From IMG/VR virus record IMGVR_UViG_3300013936_000007, positions 1 to 34,515 of that record: DNA of 34,515 nucleotides. The stretch is one strand, 5' to 3'. Positions 22,816-29,772 of the stretch are shown piece by piece (positions within the stretch are counted from its first letter, which is position 1; each line of letters starts with the position of its first letter). The translations under genes and the position numbers were made by a program. The notes under the pieces were generated by a model. It made no database searches. It was not told where the DNA came from and saw only the letters and a program-made list of their open reading frames with translations. This stretch comes from a virus.

Positions 22816-23850
22816 CTATGCTCGATTAAGAATGATCAACACCCGGATCGCACTCAACGGTAGATCCAGCACAAGATCCTCCCCTTCCCCGGATTTGCCC
22901 TTGAGTTTCCCGTCCGCGATCAGTTTGTCCAGCTCCTGCCGGTACCCGCTGGGCACCTCCCGCAGTAAGTGGCAGTACTGCTCAATCGGGCGCATCTCGC
23001 CGCTGTCGTTGAGCCCTACAACCATATTGGTCAGCATTGCGCCGCCGAGGTCGAGGTAATAACACTTGCCTTTGCTGTCCACGTACCACTGATCCTCCAG
23101 TATATAGCCCTCAGAATCGAAGCGGTACCACTTGCCGTCGATTTTGGCCCAGCGATCGTGGTAATAGCTTGCCTCGGTGTCGGCGTACCACCGCCCTTTG
23201 GCGTCGCAATGCCAACCCAGCGTATATTTTCGGCTGTTGGTGATTGCGCCGGAATTGGCCATAATATTGATGTCAAACTTGCCGGAGCAGCCCGGGATGG
23301 TATAACTGCTGCTGTACTGCCAGAGATCATAGGCGGTAACGCTGGGCGCGGAGGCATACTGCGCGTACCACTGGCTGTACCCTCCGACGCTGTCCAGATC
23401 CACCATCCGGTTGTAGTAGTCTTTGTTGTAGTACACACCGGGGGCGTAGCCTGTCGCCTTGATCGCCTCACAAAATGCCACCGTGTGAGAGTTGAACGCA
23501 GCTTTGCCCAGCGTCACGCCACACTTGGCTGCATAATCGACGGAATCGTACTCCATATCGAAATACACGGGCAACACGATCTTGTTCTTGTAGGGCTCTA
23601 AGAGGCTGAGACAGAACGCTGCCTCTTTTTTTGCACCTGCTGCATCCAGCGCATAAGAAAAATGGTACACGCCGATGATAATCCCCTGCGCGATCGCACC
23701 GGCCATGTTGGCCTTGAACTGGTTATCTACGTGGGACACGCCGTAGCCGTCCCGAATAATCGCGAATTTAATGCCGGCCTTTTTGATGGCGGCCCAGTCC
23801 AGTACCCCGTTGTGCTCGCTGACGTCGATGCCGAGCCACTTATTCGCCAT
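22816..23850 (-). CDS. endolysin: GH25 muramidase plus C-terminal cell-wall-binding repeats
   Basis: N-terminus GIDVSEHNGVLDWAAIKKAGIKFAIIRDGYG...GVYHFSYA. C-terminal aromatic repeats GRWYAD..DGKWYRFDSEGY..KGKCYYLD. Confidence 0.9.
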   Translation of the reverse strand: MANKWLGIDVSEHNGVLDWAAIKKAGIKFAIIRDGYGVSHVDNQFKANMAGAIAQGIIIGVYHFSYALDAAGAKKEAAFCLSLLEPYKNKIVLPVYFDMEYDSVDYAAKCGVTLGKAAFNSHTVAFCEAIKATGYAPGVYYNKDYYNRMVDLDSVGGYSQWYAQYASAPSVTAYDLWQYSSSYTIPGCSGKFDINIMANSGAITNSRKYTLGWHCDAKGRWYADTEASYYHDRWAKIDGKWYRFDSEGYILEDQWYVDSKGKCYYLDLGGAMLTNMVVGLNDSGEMRPIEQYCHLLREVPSGYRQELDKLIADGKLKGKSGEGEDLVLDLPLSAIRVLIILNRA

Positions 23851-24019
23851 AGTAACCGGCCTCCTTCAGCGCCGCCCGCCTGGTCTCTATGTCGGCGGCG
23901 TACTCGGCCTTGATGCGCTCTACCTCAGAGACGTCCATGCCGCAGGTCGCGGCGATCTCGGCGGTGTCCAACCCATAGGCAAGGGCCTTGATTGTCTCCA
24001 TAATTTCGGGTGTATACAT
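23840..24019 (-). CDS. 59-aa ORF between holin and endolysin with a LuxR/GerE-like HTH pattern
   Basis: Below the ORF-track cutoff and translated by hand: MYTPEIMETIKALAYGLDTAEIAATCGMDVSEVERIKAEYAADIETRRAALKEAGYYGE. RBS AAGGAGG at 9-nt spacing. Its stop overlaps the endolysin start. Confidence 0.55.
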   Translation of the reverse strand: MYTPEIMETIKALAYGLDTAEIAATCGMDVSEVERIKAEYAADIETRRAALKEAGYYGE

Positions 24020-24020
24020 G

Positions 24021-24398
24021 TTACTTGTCCTCCTTATCGTCTTCGGTGGTACTCAACCCCAGCACTGCCCGCAGCTTCTTCGGGGCCAACTGGGGATTTG
24101 CTTTGCACACATTTTCAACCACGCTTCCGGCCTCCATGAGCGTGATATAAGCGCTGATACACTGGTACACTGGGATGGAGATACCCAGTTCTAAGTAATG
24201 CTGTCCGACGTTGAGCACGACGCCTAGTGCCACGCACAGAAGCAGGCTGCACTTGTGCAGCAGCCCCTCGCGCATGATCTTGGACTTCCACGCGTGCTGC
24301 ATAACAGCAACAATGGTGCCGCTCAAAAAATCCAGCACCATCAGGCAAAATACAATGCCGAAAATGACGCCGTCCGTTTTGGTCATAATTGTGATCAT
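24021..24398 (-). CDS. holin
   Basis: Start refined to the ATG at 24398, with RBS AAGGAGG at 8-nt spacing. It has three hydrophobic segments and a charged C-terminus (TTEDDKEDK), and lies upstream of the lysin. Confidence 0.75.
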   Translation of the reverse strand: MITIMTKTDGVIFGIVFCLMVLDFLSGTIVAVMQHAWKSKIMREGLLHKCSLLLCVALGVVLNVGQHYLELGISIPVYQCISAYITLMEAGSVVENVCKANPQLAPKKLRAVLGLSTTEDDKEDK

Positions 24399-24832
24399 TA
24401 ATATGCCCTCCTTACTGTTTCCCATGCCCCTGCATATTCGGTGGGGCTGTATACCGTGTCCATTTTGGACAAATATAGCGCGCCGTCAGTGTAGACCATG
24501 TATTCTCCGGCGTGGTACATGTCGTGTGCTCCAGTCGGCTGTACCCACGGTCGTGCCGTCTCCGGCGTAGTCCCGTGCAGCGGCCTATTAAATGTATACC
24601 ATGCGGAGTTCCCGGGCTTAATATCCGGGTATACGGCATTATCATACGCCGCATAACACTCCCACACCTGTCCATTTGCGCAGTAAACATCTCCGACGGC
24701 ATGTTCACCGGCGCTCCAGTCCGGGATAAGTGCGCTGATCCGCAACCGATCATTATCTCCGGTCACGCTGGTAACTGCAATCATAGTGGCGTCGCGGATC
24801 GCCTGGGCCTGAGCCACAAGATCATCTCTCAT
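24398..24832 (-). CDS. tail-module protein with two CBM5/12-like aromatic repeats (tentative)
   Basis: WSAGEHAVGDVYCANGQVWECYAAYD...PGNSAWY and WVQPTGAHDMYHAGEYMVYTDGALYLS...AGAWE. Confidence 0.45.
   Translation of the reverse strand: MRDDLVAQAQAIRDATMIAVTSVTGDNDRLRISALIPDWSAGEHAVGDVYCANGQVWECYAAYDNAVYPDIKPGNSAWYTFNRPLHGTTPETARPWVQPTGAHDMYHAGEYMVYTDGALYLSKMDTVYSPTEYAGAWETVRRAY
24457..24471. repeat. dispersed palindrome copy 8: TGTCCATTTTGGACA
   Basis: At the 3-prime end of the CBM-like gene, about 60 bp before the holin start; translated as L-S-K-M-D-T. Confidence 0.9.
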
Positions 24833-24962
24833 CGCTGTTTTCCTCCTCCGTTTTCACGCCCAAAACATTGAGCGCCTCGGCCATCTGGGCACGTTCCGCT
24901 GCCTCAGTGGCGGCTTCGGCATTCGTCTGGGCGCGGTTCCGCACATATTCCATAAGCGTCAT
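24822..24962 (-). CDS. 46-aa XkdX-like small ORF (tentative)
   Basis: Translated by hand as MTLMEYVRNRAQTNAEAATEAAERAQMAEALNVLGVKTEEENSDER. RBS GGAGGTGG. ATGA overlap with the upstream stop. Confidence 0.4.
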   Translation of the reverse strand: MTLMEYVRNRAQTNAEAATEAAERAQMAEALNVLGVKTEEENSDER

Positions 24963-25909
24963 TCGCCATCCACCTCCACAATTACAGCGGGCTCGCCGCA
25001 TACGGCTCTACCTCCACTTTTGGCATAGATCTTAACTCCCAGCTGCCATTTGTCGGTTTCCTTGGTCTCATTCGGCAAATCCACCGCAACACCGTTCTGG
25101 CACTCGACCCATGCAGGGTTGTCGTCGCCTGCGTTGTTTGATAAGTAGATTTGACTTTCCGTAGCATTCGTGATCTCAACCTCGACTTTGGCTCTCTTAA
25201 GTCTGGTATCAGTCTCGCCGCAAATCACGGCGTACTTCAACTCTCGGTACAGATGTGTCACGTCAGGTAGGATATAGATTGTGTCCTCCCCAAGGTCGGA
25301 CACCATTGTGGCATTTGCCACCTTAAAAGCGGGGCGCGGGCAGTAACCGGCGACGGACGCGCCGTCGCTGCTGAGACCGCCGTTGAAGTAGACGAAGCGC
25401 ATCCGCTCGGACGAGCCCGCAGACCGCAGCCACCAGTAGACCGCACTGCCAGCAGAATTATAGGCAATTCTGGCTGTATTGTCGTTCGTGGTGTTGTCCC
25501 GGTGAGTCTTGAGCGCAGATAGAATGCTGTCACCCTCTGCACCACCAGCTGCGATAACCTCGCTCTCGCTGAGTAGAAATGCTTGCCGTGCAATTTCGGC
25601 CACATCGGTAGCATCATAGGGTTTAACCTTGATCTGTGTAGGAATAATGCAAGCCTGCATTGGTGCATCAAAATAAGAGAGATACCCGCCGTCAGTATTA
25701 TTGAGCCACGCGTCCATCTCACTGTCGATGTAGGCAGCTACATTCGTGGGGTTGATTCTCCGTCCGGCCAACGTCTCAGCTCGAAGCAGCACTACGCCGT
25801 CGGAATCCTTACGGATTGGCCAATATTTTACGGTTGTGGTCACGCCGTTGACGGTTTCCTCGTACCACAGTTCCTCCGAGAGATCAATCGTTTCAATCGC
25901 TCTTGCCAA
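24959..25909 (-). CDS. DGR target (variable) protein, putative receptor-binding protein
   Basis: TTG start at 25909, 9 nt after AAAGGAG. Contains the VR. The FLLSESEV...YWWLRSAGSS...CPRPAF pattern resembles lectin-fold-type DGR variable regions. Confidence 0.85.
   Translation of the reverse strand: MARAIETIDLSEELWYEETVNGVTTTVKYWPIRKDSDGVVLLRAETLAGRRINPTNVAAYIDSEMDAWLNNTDGGYLSYFDAPMQACIIPTQIKVKPYDATDVAEIARQAFLLSESEVIAAGGAEGDSILSALKTHRDNTTNDNTARIAYNSAGSAVYWWLRSAGSSERMRFVYFNGGLSSDGASVAGYCPRPAFKVANATMVSDLGEDTIYILPDVTHLYRELKYAVICGETDTRLKRAKVEVEITNATESQIYLSNNAGDDNPAWVECQNGVAVDLPNETKETDKWQLGVKIYAKSGGRAVCGEPAVIVEVDGE
25308..25321 (-). other. hairpin GTGGC-AAAT-GCCAC 7 nt downstream of the VR
   Basis: 5-bp stem and 4-nt loop. 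A second inverted repeat, GTGTCC-N11-GGACAC, is at 25281..25303. Confidence 0.4.
25329..25452 (-). repeat. DGR variable repeat (VR)
   Basis: 124-bp match to 27021..27144 at a constant offset of 1692. There are 19 mismatches, and 18 are at TR adenines on the coding strand. Confidence 0.9.
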
Positions 25910-26957
25910 TTATTTCAACTCCTTTCATTGTTGTTCTCGTTCGATACCCTGCTTTTTTCAAAAGCAGGGTAAAATGTCTATCCATCTCGATTGCTACATT
26001 TCGGCACCCGGCACGCAGAACTCGTTGTCTCCAGCCTTGATACCTCAGCTGTACTTGTTCCGGAGTCAAATTCCCATTCGCCAGCTCACGCACGACCATT
26101 TTCAGCTCACGTTTCTTTGCCTTTTTCTTGCCATTTTGTAACCTCACAAGGGATATTCCGCCATCGGTCAAAATGTACGTAAAGCCAAGATAGTCCACGC
26201 GCCCGCGCTGGATCGTCGTCTTTGGGTTCAGCTCCAGCCCGATCTCCGCAAGGTGCTTTTCGATAACTCCCAGTAAGTGCTCCAGCTCCTCTCGGGTCGG
26301 TGCAATCACGTAGAAATCATCCATATGGCGTCCGTATAGTTGGTAGCCGTAGTCCTCGGTTATCAGCTGATCCAGCGTCTCTAGATACAGGTTCCCATAG
26401 CATTGGCTCTGCTGTAGCCCTAGAGGCATTCCGACAGGCGAATCATTATATTGGATATACGCCCTGCTGATCCGCAGAATATCCGGGTCTGTGATAACCT
26501 CCTCGGCCAGCCGAACCAGACGCTCCCGTGAGACGGAAGCGAAATAAGAATGAATGTCGCCTTTGAGAATCCACGGAGTTTCATGGCTTGCGTGCCAGTA
26601 ATCGCGCAGCAGCTTTGTAAGTCTTGCAGTACCGTATTCGGTGCCCCGCCCGATCAAACACGCGGAGATACCATCGCCGAGACGTGAAGCCACAGCTGGG
26701 TAAATCGTGTTGTCGCACAGTGCGTGCATGATGATCTTGTCGCGCACGGTTGGCACCTGCGCGATTCTCGGTTTGGGGACGTCGATGCGAATCAAGCCCA
26801 TAGGCAGCGGCTTAAAATCTGGGGATGCAAGCTGCTGCCGAATTTTGTAGATGTGATCATCGAGATAGTATTCGTATCGCTGGTACCTGTCCAGCGCAGT
26901 TTTCCCACGCCTGACCTCACGCCAGGCGTTTTCTATTTGTGCATAGGTCGGTATCAT
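25893..26957 (-). CDS. DGR reverse transcriptase
   Basis: 354 aa with LGLQQSQ (the [LIV]GxxxSQ motif characteristic of DGR RTs) and YGRHMDDFYV (YxDD box). Confidence 0.92.
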   Translation of the reverse strand: MIPTYAQIENAWREVRRGKTALDRYQRYEYYLDDHIYKIRQQLASPDFKPLPMGLIRIDVPKPRIAQVPTVRDKIIMHALCDNTIYPAVASRLGDGISACLIGRGTEYGTARLTKLLRDYWHASHETPWILKGDIHSYFASVSRERLVRLAEEVITDPDILRISRAYIQYNDSPVGMPLGLQQSQCYGNLYLETLDQLITEDYGYQLYGRHMDDFYVIAPTREELEHLLGVIEKHLAEIGLELNPKTTIQRGRVDYLGFTYILTDGGISLVRLQNGKKKAKKRELKMVVRELANGNLTPEQVQLRYQGWRQRVLRAGCRNVAIEMDRHFTLLLKKAGYRTRTTMKGVEIIGKSD

Positions 26958-27020
26958 ATATACCTCTTTTTAAGGGGCAGCTTCCTTTTCACGGGCTTCG
27001 TCATCTAAGTTTCCGTCAGA

Positions 27021-27144
27021 GCGGGGCGCGGGCAGTTTCCGGTGTTGGACGCGTTGTTGCTGTTGAGATTGCCGTTGGAGTTGACGTAGCGCATCTGCTC
27101 GGACGAGCCCGCAGACCGCAGCCACCAGTTGACCGCACTTTTAG
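27021..27144 (-). repeat. DGR template repeat (TR)
   Basis: Intergenic between avd and the RT. Read in the target frame it gives the Asn-rich AVNWWLRSAGSSEQMRYVNSNGNLNSNNASNTGNCPRPA. Confidence 0.9.
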
Positions 27145-27158
27145 GCTGCCCCTGTGTC

Positions 27159-27539
27159 TTATCGTTTTGCGTCGGCTTGCGCCCACGCATAGATTTTCCA
27201 GTACAGCGAGACAATTAATTCTTGCCATCGGGCACGCTGTTTCTCGCTGATATAACCCTTTTCATACAGGTTTCTCGCTTGGTGTTTCAACACAACCAAC
27301 TTTCGTAAGGCCTCTTGCTGATGCTCCACTCGGGCAGTTTTAGATGTCCTTAGATCGGTCTCGTTTGCCAGGATAACAGATTCCTGCACTGCGCAAGCAG
27401 CTAGTATGATTCTGTCAGCGAGACTTCGGTGTAGCCGCTTGGGAAGGCGTGGCTTGGGAGACTCCCTGTCGCACATGTCCAGTGTTAGAAGCAGGAGATC
27501 ATCCGCCATATTGCAGATCGCAAACTCGCCCTGAATCAA
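27159..27539 (-). CDS. avd: DGR accessory variability determinant (Avd-like four-helix-bundle protein)
   Basis: About 126 aa, helical and basic, immediately upstream of the TR. The TTG at 27539 overlaps the fibre gene stop (TTGA); an alternative ATG is at 27509. Confidence 0.7.
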   Translation of the reverse strand: MIQGEFAICNMADDLLLLTLDMCDRESPKPRLPKRLHRSLADRIILAACAVQESVILANETDLRTSKTARVEHQQEALRKLVVLKHQARNLYEKGYISEKQRARWQELIVSLYWKIYAWAQADAKR

Positions 27540-28513
27540 GAGACGACCACCCGGGAGTATTTATCCACAGCACCAGAGGTGACGGTTATGGCGTCATGCG
27601 CGAAATCTGCGACAAAAACATTGACGGCATTGAGATCGGTGCCTCCGGGCATATCCGCAGAACCCCAAGCGGTAGGCTTGCCGTTGGAATCTACTGCGGT
27701 GATGACGGGGATCTGGCCGACGGTTGCACCGGCAATCTCCATTCCCGCTCCGCTGGGACCGACATCGCCCTTGAGCGCAAGCAGCTGCCACTCATCGTCA
27801 ATTCCGGGGACGGCCCCGATTGTTGGCACTGTACCGGCGTATACGTAGCTGCTTCCGTCGTAGCTGACCGCATCCATGCGGCTATACTGGGCCGTAGAAC
27901 TGTATGCCCCATGCCAGTTAACGGATGTTCCATCAAACTCGCCGGACGCTTTGGCCTGGGCTAGGACGGCGTCGGTGGCGCTCTGAAGCCCGTCTCGGGT
28001 AATGTAATCCCCTTTGGGCTGCTTGCCATCGAACAGGGGCTGTAACGCATCCTGGACTTCCTCCCAGGCGCTGTCCACGGCGGTGGCTACATCGTCGGCG
28101 GTTGCAGCACCCACGTCTGTTGCACTAAGCTCGACGTCTCCCTGTTTGCCATTGACAGAGGTTACGCTTCCCTTGACTCCGTCCTGTTCCAGCGTCTCGA
28201 TGCGCTTTTCCAGCTGCCCCCACGTCTTGATTTCGGTGGGGGTATAGGCGTATCCATCGGGTCGCGGGCGGGCATGTACCTCAATCTTCGCCTCGTCCAG
28301 CGTGTGATCGGGCTTGTACGTCCACAGCCGGATGGTGTCGGTTGTCCACATTAGTTCCGGCGGGATCTCTACCTGGCCGTCCTTGGCGGCCACAGGCTTA
28401 TTGGTGGGCCAATACCTAAAATGTACTTCCGTCACGTCCGCCGGGACGCTGATGGTGATATCCGCATCCCACTGGTATACATGGTCCTTGCCGTTCGAGA
28501 GTTTGATTTCCAT
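27536..28513 (-). CDS. tail fibre protein
   Basis: Start refined to the ATG at 28513, with RBS AAAGGAGTG. SVNGKQGDVELSATDVGA is a fibre-type motif. Confidence 0.7.
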   Translation of the reverse strand: MEIKLSNGKDHVYQWDADITISVPADVTEVHFRYWPTNKPVAAKDGQVEIPPELMWTTDTIRLWTYKPDHTLDEAKIEVHARPRPDGYAYTPTEIKTWGQLEKRIETLEQDGVKGSVTSVNGKQGDVELSATDVGAATADDVATAVDSAWEEVQDALQPLFDGKQPKGDYITRDGLQSATDAVLAQAKASGEFDGTSVNWHGAYSSTAQYSRMDAVSYDGSSYVYAGTVPTIGAVPGIDDEWQLLALKGDVGPSGAGMEIAGATVGQIPVITAVDSNGKPTAWGSADMPGGTDLNAVNVFVADFAHDAITVTSGAVDKYSRVVVS

Positions 28514-28527
28514 AGCTTTCACTCCTT

Positions 28528-29772
28528 TCACGCCGTGCGCAGCAGCTTCGGGACCCACAGATCAGATCCGCTGTACGCCGATCCAGCCGGCGATGCTGAA
28601 ATATAAAAATTGCAATAAAAAGACATTGGTTCCGAGATGGAAAACGTCGCGCCGTAGCCCTTCTCCCACACATGATCCTGGGTCTGGGTGACCGTCGTGG
28701 GGGCGGAGGTGTACTTCGTGGAGGTGTATCCGGTCACCAACGACGTAATAGACCGTCCGTCACTGGGATACAATCGGATGCCCCAATAGGAGTAGTCCAC
28801 CCGGGCACGGCGATCTTGATACGCCGGGGTTCCGGACAGATGATAGGTGCCCGCAGGCAGATAAAGGGGATAATTGGACGACACCAGCGGGAGGACGGTG
28901 GCGGCGGTGGCCCCTGAACAAGCGGTGGTTACGCCGTCCTCCGAGGCCGTGGCCGTAACCCCGGAGGCGTAGGTTTTCCTGTCTCCGAAGATCCACGGAT
29001 AGGCCAGATAGTTGTAATTCGGGTCGAATGTGTACGTCTGCTGTGGAATTTTTTCGTAGTCGGGACGGGCGAAAAAGACGATATCCGCGTTGCGGTTGGC
29101 GTAATTGGTACGCACCACCGTATTGGGAATGTCGGTTACATTAAAATATTGGTCAATGTTGGTTGATACAATCGACACGTGAGAAATCGACAGGAACCGG
29201 CTGTTTTGTTTGGTGGAGTGGAAAATTAAATCCCCAGGTTTCCGCAAAGATGCGTCCGTAAAGGCCCGTCCGGCGGCCCAATAATAGGCAGCCAGATCGG
29301 CGGCGTAGCGCACCATCCCGCCCAGGGTCTGGCTGGATCGGATGTGGTCGTCCGCCCAGGTGTAAGTGGTATTCGTACTTAAATTCGATGCATTGTAAGT
29401 AGCATTTGCGCTTGTGTTAACATAGGGACTTTTTTGGTACGGAATGCCGCGCATCACCAGGTGGATATACGTGGAGCAGTCGATGAGCCCCTGCCCAGAC
29501 GCATTGTTCAGCGGCGCGCCGTCCAGGAACGTTGCGCCGCCGGAATAGACGAACTTCCGGCCCGAGGCCCGGGCGATCCAGTAGCTTTTGGCCACGTCCA
29601 CGGCCTCCAAAGCCCTTGGCTCGCAATAGGTTAAGGCTCCGTCGGCCCAGCGATAGCGCCTGAGCTGCTGGATTTTCGTTGCAAACTGCGAGGCCTGGAT
29701 CGGGTCGGAGGTACCGTTGCTGCCGCGAATGGCGAACGCAATGGCGGAGAGAAAATTTTCCTGCTTGCTCAT
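28528..29772 (-). CDS. tail protein with NlpC/P60-like cysteine peptidase domain
   Basis: GLIDCSTYIHLV is a candidate catalytic Cys context; PGDLIFH...ISHVSIV is a candidate His context. Confidence 0.55.
   Translation of the reverse strand: MSKQENFLSAIAFAIRGSNGTSDPIQASQFATKIQQLRRYRWADGALTYCEPRALEAVDVAKSYWIARASGRKFVYSGGATFLDGAPLNNASGQGLIDCSTYIHLVMRGIPYQKSPYVNTSANATYNASNLSTNTTYTWADDHIRSSQTLGGMVRYAADLAAYYWAAGRAFTDASLRKPGDLIFHSTKQNSRFLSISHVSIVSTNIDQYFNVTDIPNTVVRTNYANRNADIVFFARPDYEKIPQQTYTFDPNYNYLAYPWIFGDRKTYASGVTATASEDGVTTACSGATAATVLPLVSSNYPLYLPAGTYHLSGTPAYQDRRARVDYSYWGIRLYPSDGRSITSLVTGYTSTKYTSAPTTVTQTQDHVWEKGYGATFSISEPMSFYCNFYISASPAGSAYSGSDLWVPKLLRTA

Larger units (their letters stand above)
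24959..27539 (-). mobile_element. diversity-generating retroelement cassette (avd - TR - RT - target/VR)
   Basis: See the component features; the TR/VR mismatches are adenine-specific. Confidence 0.9.

Noticed and set aside
27005-27228. 69- and 70-aa minus-strand ORFs covering the TR
   Set aside because: They are simply the TR read in frame, giving an Asn-rich copy of the VR peptide. They have no RBS and lie in the avd-RT spacer. They are treated as template RNA, not as a gene.
27536-28513. Tail fibre gene upstream of avd as a possible second DGR target
   Set aside because: Neither its 3-prime end nor any other region I read has similarity to the TR. Only one VR (25329..25452) was found.
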